Source of the DNA: Alphaproteobacteria bacterium | GTDB lineage: Bacteria > Pseudomonadota > Alphaproteobacteria > MPNO01 > UBA830 | Assembly (NCBI GenBank): GCA_964291215.2 | Contig: OZ219790.1 | Span: 288,001 to 352,000, forward strand | DNA length: 64,000 nt | Direction of reading: 5' to 3' | Shown here: positions 1-10,510 of the stretch, in pieces | How the letters are laid out: each line of letters starts with the position of its first letter | How positions within the stretch are numbered: the stretch's first letter is position 1 | The notes under the pieces: generated by a model | Seen by the model: the letters and a program-made list of their open reading frames with translations, nothing else | The model's database searches: none | What the model was told of the DNA's origin: nothing | Made by a program: the position numbers and the translations under genes

Positions 1-1
1 G

Positions 2-469
2 GTCCAGAACGAAAGGCAGTATGACATCGTCGCCGGACTGGTGCGCAACGCAAAGCGCAAGGGACGCGTGCTCCTCGGCGGCAACCCCGCCAAGCTCCGC
101 AAGAAACTGGGCAGGAAGGGCTATTTCTACCCGCCAACGATCATCGCCGACCTGGACAACGGAGACCGCCTTGTCGACGAGGAACAGTTCGGCCCGGTCC
201 TCCCGGTGATTCGCTATCGCCGCATCGAGGAGGCAATCGACAAGGCAAACGACAACCCGAATGGCCTTGGCGGTTCGGTCTGGAGTCGCAATGTCGACAA
301 GGCGCGAAAGATTGCCAGCCGCATGGAGTGCGGTTCCGTCTGGATCAACAAACACGGGATGATCCAACCCAACGCCCCGTTCGGCGGTGTCAAGCGCTCT
401 GGCTTCGGTGTCGAGTTCGCGGAAGAAGGCCTACAGGAATACACGGACATCCAGGTTGTCTTTTCCTGA
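2..469 (+). CDS. Aldehyde dehydrogenase, C-terminal part (5' end outside the window)
   Basis: EEQFGPVLP, ANDNPNGLGGSVWS and PFGGVKRSGFG motifs; frame open to the window edge. Confidence 0.93.
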   Translation, partial: VQNERQYDIVAGLVRNAKRKGRVLLGGNPAKLRKKLGRKGYFYPPTIIADLDNGDRLVDEEQFGPVLPVIRYRRIEEAIDKANDNPNGLGGSVWSRNVDKARKIASRMECGSVWINKHGMIQPNAPFGGVKRSGFGVEFAEEGLQEYTDIQVVFS

Positions 470-567
470 ACCGGAATTTCAGAAACCGGTTTCCGAAGAA
501 CGGCATCCTGTCCACCTCCGCGCGGGCCAGCGGCGCACCGGCGGAAGCGGTGTGGAAGAGTAGTCCG

Positions 568-1311
568 ATGCTGGCGATCGATTTGCCCGATGTCTCCGTG
601 TTTCTTGTTGCCATCGTCTTCTCGGCAGCGCTCCTGCAGGCCGTGACAGGACTCGGTTTCGGCCTGATCGCAGGCCCGGCGCTGCTCGTCTCCATGGACA
701 GTTCCGCCGCCATTCAGGTAACGATCGTCCTGAGCTTCGCGATCGCGCTGGCGCTCTCGCCGAGCACCCTTCCAAGGGTCGACTGGTCACTGCTGAAACC
801 CCTGTTTTTTGGCATATGCCTGGGCGCGGTCGCTGGCGCGGTGACGTATTCACATGTGTCGTTGCAGAATCTGAAATGGGGGGCAACTGTGGCAGTGCTG
901 GCCATGGCGGCGATTTCCACCGGCATTCTCGAGCGTCATCCGCTCTTTCAGCGCGACAGCGACGTACGCCGGCTGGCGACCGGCGCACTGAGCGGAGCGC
1001 TGACGGCCAGCCTCGCGATGCCTGGGCCTCCGGTTGCCGCCTACGCTACCGCCCTCCGGCACGGCAAGGAAACAATCCGCGCAACGACGCTTGTAACGTT
1101 TCTCTTCGCCTACCCGGTCGCCTTTGCCATGCAGGCAGGGATGTCCGGCGTGTCGGATCGCGCGGCGCCGATGTGCGCGGCGCTGCTTTTTCCGGCGCTG
1201 GCGGGAACATTAACCGGATACCTGCTTGGCCGCGCGGTGCCGGAAAGCGTCTTCAGATGGCTCATCACCGTCCTCCTTGTTGTCAGCGCCGTTGCCCTGA
1301 CAATCGCCTGA
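568..1311 (+). CDS. TauE/SafE family sulfite exporter (TSUP permease)
   Basis: About 247 hydrophobic aa with a GLGFGLIAGP motif and a second-repeat SGALTASLAMPGPP; ATG at 568. Confidence 0.85.
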   Translation: MLAIDLPDVSVFLVAIVFSAALLQAVTGLGFGLIAGPALLVSMDSSAAIQVTIVLSFAIALALSPSTLPRVDWSLLKPLFFGICLGAVAGAVTYSHVSLQNLKWGATVAVLAMAAISTGILERHPLFQRDSDVRRLATGALSGALTASLAMPGPPVAAYATALRHGKETIRATTLVTFLFAYPVAFAMQAGMSGVSDRAAPMCAALLFPALAGTLTGYLLGRAVPESVFRWLITVLLVVSAVALTIA

Positions 1312-2638
1312 GGGTTTGTCACCAAATAATCGAATCCGTGTTGTTTGCGTCGGCGTTTTTGTCTGTCCAGTGATTTTGGTTGAGCGCTTGCCGACGGGTC
1401 AGTCTGCTGACTTCGGTTGGTTGGTGTTGGGGTCTTTCGGGGATGATTTGTCGGTCAGTTTGGTTGCCGGCTGATTCTCCGGCGCTGTTGGGACGTTTAT
1501 CTTCGGTGCATGGAACAGGCAAAGAGCATAAGGCACCGGTTTGCAGTTCTTTCTCCTCATCTTGACGAGAAGGGTCGCCGGTTGCTCGCGGCGGTTGAGG
1601 CGCAGTGTCTTGGGCGCGGCGGAATAACGCAGGTCTCGGATCTCACGGAGTTGCGCGTTCGACGATTTGACGGGGTCTGAAGGAGATTGACGGAGCCATG
1701 TCGCCGCCGGCACCGGGTCCGGCGCGCGCAAGCCGGCGATGGAGCGTCAGCCGGGTCTGCTGGCGGCGCTGGTTGCGCCGGCGACGCGGAACGGTCTCTG
1801 CTGTGGGTTTCGAAGAGCACCCGGCATCTTGCGAAGTGTCTTGAGGAGCAGGGTTGTTCGGCGTCGCTTGTCGGGCGGCTTCTGGGCGAGCTTGGCTATA
1901 CGCCAACGCGAAGACCCGCGAAGGCGGCGTGCACCCTGCCCAGGCCGGGCAGTTCGGCCGCATAAATGAGCAGGTTGCGGCGTTTCTTGCGGCCGGGGAA
2001 CCGGTCATCGACACCAGGAAGAAGGAGCTGATCGGCGATTTCAAGAACGCCGGCCGCGAGTGGCGGCCGAAGGGACGGCCCGAGGAGGTGAAGGTACATA
2101 ACTTCGCGGACAAGGAGTTCGGCAAGGCGGCCCCCTACGGGGACATGGCCCACAACATCGGCCGGGTCAATGTCGGCCATGACACCGCGGCGTTTGCGGT
2201 GGAAAGCACCCGGGGTGCCGGTGGCGGCGCCTCGGGCGCTGCCCCGGGGCGGCTGCTGATCATCGCCGACTGCGGCGGGTCGAACGGGGCCCGACTGTGG
2301 AAGGTCGAACTGCAGAAGCTCGCCAGGGAACTCGAGATCATGGTCTGCCGCCCGGCACCAGCAAATGGAACCGCACATCGCCTGTTCTCGTTCATCAGCC
2401 AGAACTGGCGCGGCAAGCCGCTGTGCAGCCTCGCCGCCATCGTCAGCCTGATCAGCGCAACCACCACCGAAACCGGCCTCAAGGTCTATTGCAGTGTCGA
2501 CGAAAACACCTGTCCGAAGGGCATCAAGGATGCCGAGATAAAGGACCTCGACATCAAGCGCACAAAATTCCAGGGCGAGTTGGAACTATTCACTCTTGCC
2601 AACACCCGACACAGGCGCGATTGTTTCGTGACGGCCCC
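1312..2638 (+). mobile_element. ISAzo13-family IS, degraded
   Basis: Fragments DTRKKELIGDFKNAGREWRPKG, ADCGGSNG, PPGTSKWN and HRLFSFISQNWRGKPL; imperfect TIRs GGGTTTGTCACCAAATAATC / GATTGTTTCGTGACGGCCCC; TGA on both flanks. Confidence 0.85.
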
Positions 2639-2856
2639 TGAGTCCTGAATCACCATCCACGCCGCAGAAAATGCGCAGCCGGATAGTCATCATCACATGA
2701 GGCATGTTCCAGGCATCGTGTTGCACCGGCCAAATCATGGTAAAGCTCGTTCCCGTTCGAATCGAACCTATCACGGAACCAACACAACCGGAGACGGCGT
2801 TGCTACCCGTGCGGCCCAAGTCTAGAATGCTCATCCGAAGAAAAGGACCGGAAAAC

Positions 2857-3705
2857 ATGCACGATATCAATCTTGAGGGAAAGGTTGCCATCGTCACCGG
2901 CGGCGGCGGCGGAATGGGTGGCGCGATGTCGCTGGCCTTGGCCGCGCACGGCGCCAGCGTGTGCGCCGCCGACGTGAACCGGGATGCGGTCGACAAGATC
3001 GCCGACGACGCGCACAAGATGACAAACAGCGGAACCATACTCCCGATCGCATTCGACGTGACAGACTTTGATGACTGCGCGCGCGTCGTCGAAGTCACCC
3101 GAAAGGAACTCGGTCCCGTCAACGTCCTGGTCAACAATGCTGGCGTCGGCATGCAGACCATAAACGAGAACTACATGAACGAACCGGCCAAATTCTGGCT
3201 TGCCGATCTGGACCGCTGGCAACGCATGATGGACATCAATTTCAAGGGGCCATTCATGATTGCCAAGCTAGTGGCCGAATCGATGGTCGAACAGGGCTGG
3301 GGCCGCATTATCAACGTCACGACGAGCCTCGATACGATGATCCGTCACAACTACTCGCCCTACGGCCAGTCCAAGGCCGCGCTGGAATCCGGCACCGCAA
3401 CATGGGCGAAGGATCTCGAGGGCACCGGCGTCAGCGTCAACGTCCTGGTGCCGGGCGGCCCGACCAATACGGGTTTCATTCCAGAAAGCGCTCCTTTCGA
3501 CCGCGACAAGCTGGTGCAGCCCGAGGTGATGACCGGCCCCGTCGTCTGGCTCGCTTCCGACCGTTCGGACGGGATCACGAACAGCCGGTTCGTCGCAAGC
3601 AACTGGGATGTTTCTCTTGACCCGGATGAAGCTGCGAGGGCTGTTTGCGCTCCGGCGGCCTGGCCGGATGCCGGTACCAAGGCCGTGTGGCCGGGAGCCA
3701 ATTGA
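2857..3705 (+). CDS. SDR family NAD(P)-dependent oxidoreductase
   Basis: TGGGGGMG, NNAG and YGQSK motifs. Confidence 0.92.
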   Translation: MHDINLEGKVAIVTGGGGGMGGAMSLALAAHGASVCAADVNRDAVDKIADDAHKMTNSGTILPIAFDVTDFDDCARVVEVTRKELGPVNVLVNNAGVGMQTINENYMNEPAKFWLADLDRWQRMMDINFKGPFMIAKLVAESMVEQGWGRIINVTTSLDTMIRHNYSPYGQSKAALESGTATWAKDLEGTGVSVNVLVPGGPTNTGFIPESAPFDRDKLVQPEVMTGPVVWLASDRSDGITNSRFVASNWDVSLDPDEAARAVCAPAAWPDAGTKAVWPGAN

Positions 3706-4482
3706 TTGGAAGTTCACACGGAGCATTTCCGTTCGCTGACGCTTGCCGCAACCGAAATCGCGGAGCGCGCGGGCAACCTTATAACCGAACTCTATGGGAT
3801 CGATCTCGACGTGCGCGAGAAGGGGGATACGACACCGGTTACCGAAGCCGACGAGCGTGCGGAAGAGCTGATCCTCTCCGAACTCGCGGCATTGACGCCT
3901 GACATACCCGCAATAGGCGAGGAAACGGTGGCGCAGGGCGCGGTCGACGGGCACGGAACTTTCTGGCTCGTCGATCCGATCGACGGGACACGGGCCTTTA
4001 TCCAGGGTAGCGGTGAATTCACGACGAATATTGCGTTGATCCACGCTCGCCGACCAGTGCTCGGCGTGGTCGCTGCTCCTGCGTTGGGACGCCTCTACAG
4101 AGGCAGCGGGCCAGGCACCGCGGAGAAGCGGGAAACCGGTAGCGATTGGATCCCGATCGGCGTACGCAAACCACCGCAGGCCGGCGTTGTCGTCGTGTCA
4201 AGCAAATCCCACGGCAACAAGGCCGCGATCGAGGGCCTGATTCGGGAACTGCCCGCATGTGAGCACCGATATGTCCACAGCTCCCTCAAATTCTGCCTGA
4301 TCGCTGAAGGTGTGGCAGACATCTATCCCCGTTATGGCCCGACCTCCGAATGGGACACGGCTGCAGGTCACGCCGTCCTCGCCAGCGCCGGAGGCTCGGT
4401 CTGGACAGTGGATGGAAATCCGCTTGAATACGGCAAATCGGGGTGGCTCAATCCCGAATTCATAGCCCGCGGCCGGGAATGA
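3706..4482 (+). CDS. cysQ: 3'(2'),5'-bisphosphate nucleotidase CysQ
   Basis: PVTEAD, WLVDPIDGT, SSLKFCLIAEG and TSEWDTAAGHA motifs. Confidence 0.9.
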   Translation: MEVHTEHFRSLTLAATEIAERAGNLITELYGIDLDVREKGDTTPVTEADERAEELILSELAALTPDIPAIGEETVAQGAVDGHGTFWLVDPIDGTRAFIQGSGEFTTNIALIHARRPVLGVVAAPALGRLYRGSGPGTAEKRETGSDWIPIGVRKPPQAGVVVVSSKSHGNKAAIEGLIRELPACEHRYVHSSLKFCLIAEGVADIYPRYGPTSEWDTAAGHAVLASAGGSVWTVDGNPLEYGKSGWLNPEFIARGRE

Positions 4483-5516
4483 TCGAGCCCGCCACACCGG
4501 AGGTCATCACGCGGGCCGGACGGCTGATCCAGGACGGCGATGCCATCGCATTTCCCACCGAGACGGTCTACGGCCTCGGCGCGGACGCATGTTCGGATAC
4601 CGCCGTCGCACGTATCTTCGAGATCAAGAGGCGGCCAGCTTTCAATCCTCTCATCGTTCACGTGGAAAGCCTCGAAGAGGCCGCGATGCTCGGCGATTTC
4701 GACCGGATGGCGCACGCGCTTGCGGATGCCTTCTGGCCCGGGGCGCTTTCGATTGCCGTGCCCCGCCGCCGGGACTGCGAGATTTCCCTGCTCGCCAGCG
4801 CCGGCCTTGACACTGTTGCCATAAGGGTTCCCGCCCACAAGACTGCCCGAGCAATCCTTGCCGCCGCGCGATGCCCCATCGCGGCTCCGAGCGCCAACGC
4901 TTCCGGCGAAGTGAGCCCGACCCTGGCGCGGCACGTGGCCGATTCGCTCGGCGGCGGACTCCTGATCGTCGATGCTGGCCCCTGTCCCGTCGGACTCGAA
5001 TCCACGGTGGTCGCCTGCGGCGGTGATCAGCCCGTAATCCTCAGGCCAGGCGGCATTACCTCGGAGGCCATTGCCGATATCACCGGTCCCGCAAGGATTG
5101 TCAGCGAACACGACGACGGGCCGGTGCAGTCGCCCGGCATGCTGCACCAGCATTACGCACCCCGGTCTCCCGTTCGGCTCGAAGCCCGTTCGGTCGCTCC
5201 CGGCGAAGCCCTGTTGTCGTTCGGCCGCCATGAAATTGACGGAGCGTCGGCGGAACTGAATCTCAGCGCGGACGGGGACCTCACCGAAGCCGCTGCCAAT
5301 CTCTTCGCGATGCTGCGCGCGCTTGACCGCCCGGAACACAGCGCCATAGCCGTCATGCCGATTCCCGCGGACGGACTCGGTCAGGCCATCAACGACCGCC
5401 TGCGTCGGGCCAGCGCATCCCCGAGAGTAACGCACATCCCTATCCACTCGGGCGGCCGCATTTCTCGAAAGGATTCCGCCCTCCAGGGCGTTGCTCGGGG
5501 TCGCGGGATGCACTAG
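4479..5516 (+). CDS. tsaC: L-threonylcarbamoyladenylate synthase (Sua5/TsaC)
   Basis: FPTETVYGLGA, KRRPAFNPLIVH, PSANASG and a SUA5 domain (SPGMLHQHYAP). Confidence 0.93.
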   Translation: MIEPATPEVITRAGRLIQDGDAIAFPTETVYGLGADACSDTAVARIFEIKRRPAFNPLIVHVESLEEAAMLGDFDRMAHALADAFWPGALSIAVPRRRDCEISLLASAGLDTVAIRVPAHKTARAILAAARCPIAAPSANASGEVSPTLARHVADSLGGGLLIVDAGPCPVGLESTVVACGGDQPVILRPGGITSEAIADITGPARIVSEHDDGPVQSPGMLHQHYAPRSPVRLEARSVAPGEALLSFGRHEIDGASAELNLSADGDLTEAAANLFAMLRALDRPEHSAIAVMPIPADGLGQAINDRLRRASASPRVTHIPIHSGGRISRKDSALQGVARGRGMH

Positions 5517-5536
5517 TTGTTGAGTTGGAGATTTCC

Positions 5537-6970
5537 ATGACCTCTGTTATCGCGCCGATTCCGCAGGATGTCCTGAACCGCATTCGCGCCGTCACAGGCG
5601 ATGCGGGTGTACTGACCGCAGACATCGACAAGGCGCCGTATCTCACCGACGAACGCGGCTACTACACAGGCGCCACCCCGATGGTCGTGCGCCCAGCCAC
5701 CGTCGATGAGGTCTCTGCGGCGGTGAAAATCTGCTGCGAGACCGGTACCGCAATCGTCCCGCAGGGCGGCAACACCGGCCTGTGCGGGGCGGCGACGCCC
5801 CACGAGCACGGCGGCGAGATCTTGCTGTCGCTGACGCGCATGAACCGGATCCGTGAGATCGACCCGCTCAACTACACGATCACTGCTGAAGCCGGAGTGA
5901 TCCTCGCCGATGTCCAGCAGGCTGCCGAAGCGGCCGACCGTCTTTTTCCTCTCAGCCTTGGCGGCGAAGGCACCGCGCGGATCGGTGGCAACCTCTCGAC
6001 CAATGCCGGCGGCACCGGCGTCTTGCGCTACGGTCCGGCCAGAGACCTGTGCCTCGGGCTTGAGGCTGTCATGCCAAACGGCGATATCTGGAACGGCCTG
6101 ACAGCGCTGCGCAAGGACAACACGGGATACGACCTCAAACATCTGCTCATCGGGGCGGAGGGCACGCTCGGCATCATCACCGCCGCTTGCCTCAAGCTCT
6201 TTCCCCGGCCGGCCGATATCCGGAACGCCTTTCTCGCCGTGTGCGACGAACATGCGGCGGTCGAACTCCTGGCGCGGGCGCGGCGCGCGACCGATGACCG
6301 CGTCGTGACGTTCGAATACATCTCGCGTCAGGCCCTCGATTTCGTGCTGCGCCACTTTAACGACCTCCGCGACCCCCTGGACGGGCGCCAGGACCATTAC
6401 GTGATGATGGAAATCGCATCCGGCGAAGCGTCAGCAGACGGCCTCCGCGATCTGCTCGAGAGCATTCTCACCGACGGGTTTGCCGCCGGGCTGATTCTTG
6501 ATGCCGTGATTGCCGAAAGCGGACGGCAGGCAGCAGATTTCTGGAAGATTCGCGAAGTCGTCCCCGAGGCCCAGAGGCACCACGGCGCGAGCATCAAGCA
6601 CGATATCTCGGTCCCGGTCTCCAAGGTCGCCGACTTCCTGGTCGAAGCGATCGCCGACCTCAGCAGCCTGGTTCCGAACATACGCCCCTGCGCCTTCGGA
6701 CATGTCGGTGACGGCAACATACACTTCAATCTCAGCGCCCCCGAAGGCATGGCGGATGCCGAGTTCCTTGCGGTCCGGCCGGAAATCCACAAACGAGTCT
6801 ATGACCGTACCGTCGCCATGGGCGGCTCGATCAGCGCCGAACACGGCATCGGACGGTTGCGGCGCGACGCGCTCAAGGCCTACAAGTCTCCGGTAGCGCT
6901 CGGGGTGATGCGGGCGATAAAGGCGGCCCTAGATCCCGGGGGAATCATGAATCCGGGCAAGGTGCTCTAG
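5537..6970 (+). CDS. FAD-binding oxidoreductase (D-2-hydroxyacid dehydrogenase / GlcD-like)
   Basis: PQGGNTGL, LRKDNTGYDLK, GHVGDGNIH, SAEHGIG and MNPGK motifs. Confidence 0.92.
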   Translation: MTSVIAPIPQDVLNRIRAVTGDAGVLTADIDKAPYLTDERGYYTGATPMVVRPATVDEVSAAVKICCETGTAIVPQGGNTGLCGAATPHEHGGEILLSLTRMNRIREIDPLNYTITAEAGVILADVQQAAEAADRLFPLSLGGEGTARIGGNLSTNAGGTGVLRYGPARDLCLGLEAVMPNGDIWNGLTALRKDNTGYDLKHLLIGAEGTLGIITAACLKLFPRPADIRNAFLAVCDEHAAVELLARARRATDDRVVTFEYISRQALDFVLRHFNDLRDPLDGRQDHYVMMEIASGEASADGLRDLLESILTDGFAAGLILDAVIAESGRQAADFWKIREVVPEAQRHHGASIKHDISVPVSKVADFLVEAIADLSSLVPNIRPCAFGHVGDGNIHFNLSAPEGMADAEFLAVRPEIHKRVYDRTVAMGGSISAEHGIGRLRRDALKAYKSPVALGVMRAIKAALDPGGIMNPGKVL

Positions 6971-7019
6971 CGTTCCGCCGAAGTGGCCAGAGTGAACGAC
7001 ATCCAACAGGAGCTGTCCC

Positions 7020-8792
7020 GTGACCGAATATAATGCCCCTCTTCGCGATATGCAGTTCGTCATCGAAGAACTTGTCGGGCTGTCGGAGATCACCGCCCTG
7101 CCCGGCCATGAGAACCTCACACCGGATACCGTGCACGCGATCCTCGAAGAGGCGGCCAAGTTCGGACGCGAGGTACTGTCCCCGATCAACCGGTCAGGGG
7201 ACATCGAGGGCTCCCGCCTCGAGAACGGGGTGGTCATCACGCCGAAGGGATTCAAGGAGGCTTACCAGGCTTATGTGGACGGCGGATGGAACACGCTGCA
7301 GTTCGAACCGGAACTTGGCGGCCAGGGGCTTCCGATGCTGGTAGCGACACCGGTCTTCGAGATGTGGGATTCGGCCAATCTCGGTTTCGCGCTGTGTCCC
7401 GTGCTGAGCATCGCCGGCGCGGAAATGCTGGAGAAATACGGCACCGACGGGCAGAAGGAAAAATGGATGCCGAAACTGGTCAGTGGCGAATGGACCGGAA
7501 CAATGGTCCTCACCGAGCCTGGCGCCGGATCCGATGTCGGCGCCCTCAAGACGCGGGCCGTGCCCGAAGGCAACCACTACCGCATTAGCGGCCAGAAGAT
7601 CTTCACGACCTGGGGCGAGCACGACTTCACCGAGAACATTGTCCACATGGTCCTCGCCCGCACGCCAGATGCGCCCCCCGGCACACGCGGAATCTCGCTC
7701 TTCATCGTGCCGAAGTTCATGGTCAATGACGACGGCACCCTGGGGCCGCGCAACGACCTTCGCCCGATATCGCTCGAACACAAGCTCGGCATTCACGCAA
7801 GCCCGACCTGCGTCATGCAGTTTGGCGAGAACGAGGGCGCGATCGGCTATCTCGTCGGCGAGGAATGCCGCGGCATGCAGTACATGTTCTCGATGATGAA
7901 CAACGCTCGCCTCGCGGTCGGCCGCGAGGGTGTTGGCATCGCTACCCGCGCCTACCAGCAGGCAGCATCCTATGCCCGCGAGCGCATACAGGGTCGCGAT
8001 GCGGTCAATCCGGGAGCGGGTCAGGTCGCCATCATTCGTCATCCCGATGTGCGCCGGAATCTCATGACGATGCGCACCCTGACCGAGGCGGCCAGGGCCC
8101 TCGGCTACTATGTTGCTGCTCAGCTCGATGTGGCACGCAAGCACCCGGATGCCGAGACCAAGGCGCAGGCACAGGCCCGTGTCGACCTGCTGGTGCCTGT
8201 CGTCAAGGCTTGGTCGACCGATTGCGGCGTGACCGTGGCCTCCATCGGCGTGCAGGTTCACGGTGGCGCCGGCTTCATCGAGGAAACCGGCGCTGCTCAG
8301 CACTACCGCGACAGCCGCATCACACCGATCTATGAAGGTACGAACGGAATCCAGGCTATCGACCTGATAACCCGGAAAATCACCGGCGACGGCGGCAAGA
8401 GCGTCGCGTTGCTCATTGAGGAAATGACAAATACAGAGATTACAGATTCTCGAATAGAAGCACCGTTCCTGCAGACGCTCGCGGATCTCAAACAGGCTAC
8501 TTCCTACTTCGTCGATCCACCGACCAACGACCCCCGCGCTGCGCTTGCAGGGGCCACGCCCTACCTGACAGCGCTTGGCACCATAACGGGATGCTGGCTC
8601 ATGGCGCGCTCGGCGTCCATCGCTTCCGACAAACTTGCCAACGGCGCGAGCGACGACGCGCCGTTCTACGAGGCGAAGCTCACCTCGGCGCGGTTTTATG
8701 CGGATAATTTCTGTCCGCAGGCTTCAGCGTCCCTTGCAACAGCGATGTCCGGTTCGGCGGATCTCATGGCGCTGGCGGACGAGACTTTCTGA
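7020..8792 (+). CDS. Acyl-CoA dehydrogenase (long form, DmdC-like subfamily)
   Basis: TMVLTEPGAGSDVG, EHKLGIHASPTC, VQVHGGAGFIEETG and IYEGTNGIQA motifs. Confidence 0.92.
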   Translation: MTEYNAPLRDMQFVIEELVGLSEITALPGHENLTPDTVHAILEEAAKFGREVLSPINRSGDIEGSRLENGVVITPKGFKEAYQAYVDGGWNTLQFEPELGGQGLPMLVATPVFEMWDSANLGFALCPVLSIAGAEMLEKYGTDGQKEKWMPKLVSGEWTGTMVLTEPGAGSDVGALKTRAVPEGNHYRISGQKIFTTWGEHDFTENIVHMVLARTPDAPPGTRGISLFIVPKFMVNDDGTLGPRNDLRPISLEHKLGIHASPTCVMQFGENEGAIGYLVGEECRGMQYMFSMMNNARLAVGREGVGIATRAYQQAASYARERIQGRDAVNPGAGQVAIIRHPDVRRNLMTMRTLTEAARALGYYVAAQLDVARKHPDAETKAQAQARVDLLVPVVKAWSTDCGVTVASIGVQVHGGAGFIEETGAAQHYRDSRITPIYEGTNGIQAIDLITRKITGDGGKSVALLIEEMTNTEITDSRIEAPFLQTLADLKQATSYFVDPPTNDPRAALAGATPYLTALGTITGCWLMARSASIASDKLANGASDDAPFYEAKLTSARFYADNFCPQASASLATAMSGSADLMALADETF

Positions 8793-8899
8793 ACTACGCC
8801 AACGGCGGCTCTTGGACACTTGCAACGCTACGAAAAACAGATCATAAGGCGCTCTCGAAAAATCGACACGATGTGACATGTCGATCTGGAGCAGTTCAA

Positions 8900-9382
8900 A
8901 TGACCAAAACTGTCCTGTCGGCCGTGGGGAGCGCGGTACGTCATCCCGCCGAAGATGCGGTTCCGCCGCCGTCTCGAGAACCGTGCGCGAATACGCGCGA
9001 CAATGCGCCTCGTGACTACCTTGTCCGCGCGAATGGCCGCAAGTTCGCTGGAACCCATATGCTCGTGGATGCCTGGGGTCTGAACAGGCTTAGGGATGTC
9101 GGGTCCGCCAAGATCCTGCTGCGCGAGGCAGCCGAACATGCCGGCGCCACGATTCTTCATGTCCATATCCACGAGTTTGGCGATCGCGGCGGCCTTTCGG
9201 GGGTAGCCGTTCTCGCCGAAAGCCACATCAGCGTCCATACTTGGCCCGAAATCGACTATGCCGCGTTCGATGTCTTCATGTGCGGCACCTGTTCGCCACA
9301 GGACGCGGTCGAACATCTCAGACGCGAGCTTCGGGCTGACCGTTTCGATATACGCGAAATCCAGCGGGGCCTCGTCACGTGA
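8900..9382 (+). CDS. speD: S-adenosylmethionine decarboxylase proenzyme
   Basis: LAESHISVHTWPE autocleavage motif and FDVFMCG; overlaps speE. Confidence 0.92.
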   Translation: MTKTVLSAVGSAVRHPAEDAVPPPSREPCANTRDNAPRDYLVRANGRKFAGTHMLVDAWGLNRLRDVGSAKILLREAAEHAGATILHVHIHEFGDRGGLSGVAVLAESHISVHTWPEIDYAAFDVFMCGTCSPQDAVEHLRRELRADRFDIREIQRGLVT

Positions 9383-10245
9383 CGAGCGTCGCCGACGATG
9401 GCGGCTGGTTCACGGAGACCATCCACGAAGACTGCCAGCAGCGTCTCAGGAACACCCGCACCCTGTTCGAGTCCCGGACCTCCTTGCAGCACATCGTCAT
9501 CTTCGAGAACCCGCTCTTCGGCCGCGTGCTGGCTCTCGACGGCATTGTCCAGACCACCGAGCGCGACGAATACTGCTACCACGAGATGCTGGCCCATGTG
9601 CCGATACTCGCGCACGGCAGTGTCCGCAACGTAGCGATCATCGGTGGCGGCGATGGTGGTACCTTGCGCGAGGTCCTCAAGCATGATGCGGTCCAGACCG
9701 CCACGCTGGTCGAGATCGACGACAGGGTCGTCGACATCTGCCGGGAATACATGCCAAGCCTGAGCGACGGTGCATTCGACGACCCGCGAACGGAGCTCGT
9801 TATTGCTGACGGGCTGCGGTTCGTCGCGGAGACAGAGCGACATTTCGAGGTCATCATTATCGATTCCACGGACCCCGTGGGTCCGGCAGTCGAACTCTTT
9901 TCCGACGAATTTTACCGCAACTGCCGGCGGATCCTGACAGCAAACGGAATTATCGTCTGTCAGAGCGGCAACATCTTTCCTCAGCGGCAAGAAGCCTGCG
10001 ACACCTACCGGCGGTTGCGGGACATATTCGTCGATGCGTCGCTTTACGTCGTTGATGTCCCCACCTACAGCTTCGGTTACATGACCCTCGGCTGGGGCGC
10101 CAACAGCGCGCGGGCGCGAAACACCCCGATCGAGATCGTCCGCACCCGGTTCGAGGCCGCTTCCATCAGTACTCGCTATTATCATCCCGGAATACACCGG
10201 GCGTGTTTCGAGGTCCCAGTCTACATGAAAGAACTCAAGAACTGA
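9379..10245 (+). CDS. speE: Spermidine synthase / polyamine aminopropyltransferase
   Basis: LDGIVQTTERDEYCYHEM, IIGGGDGG and IIDSTDP motifs. Confidence 0.95.
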   Translation: MTSVADDGGWFTETIHEDCQQRLRNTRTLFESRTSLQHIVIFENPLFGRVLALDGIVQTTERDEYCYHEMLAHVPILAHGSVRNVAIIGGGDGGTLREVLKHDAVQTATLVEIDDRVVDICREYMPSLSDGAFDDPRTELVIADGLRFVAETERHFEVIIIDSTDPVGPAVELFSDEFYRNCRRILTANGIIVCQSGNIFPQRQEACDTYRRLRDIFVDASLYVVDVPTYSFGYMTLGWGANSARARNTPIEIVRTRFEAASISTRYYHPGIHRACFEVPVYMKELKN

Positions 10246-10257
10246 CACCCCTCAAGC

Positions 10258-10450
10258 CACGACGATCCCATGCTAATTCAGAGACGGGAAATCCGAATGC
10301 GTTGGGGCTCGGCTCATCACAGATCGCTTCCTTGATCGCAATTTTCGTGCCAAAAAGGCCCCATCGAGCCTCGGCGGCACGATTGCAGCGCGACGCAAAC
10401 TGAGAAAATCTCGCCAGTCGTCGCCGGATTAGCAGCGTGGGATCGCCGTG
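10258..10450. mobile_element. 193-bp MITE
   Basis: TIRs CACGACGATCCCATGCT / AGCGTGGGATCGCCGTG; 10-bp TSD CCCCTCAAGC at 10248-10257 and 10451-10460. Confidence 0.88.
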
Positions 10451-10510
10451 CCCCTCAAGCGGCAGCGGAATCTCCCTTTCATCTTTCCGGATTGGCCCGA
10501 AATTCCAGAC

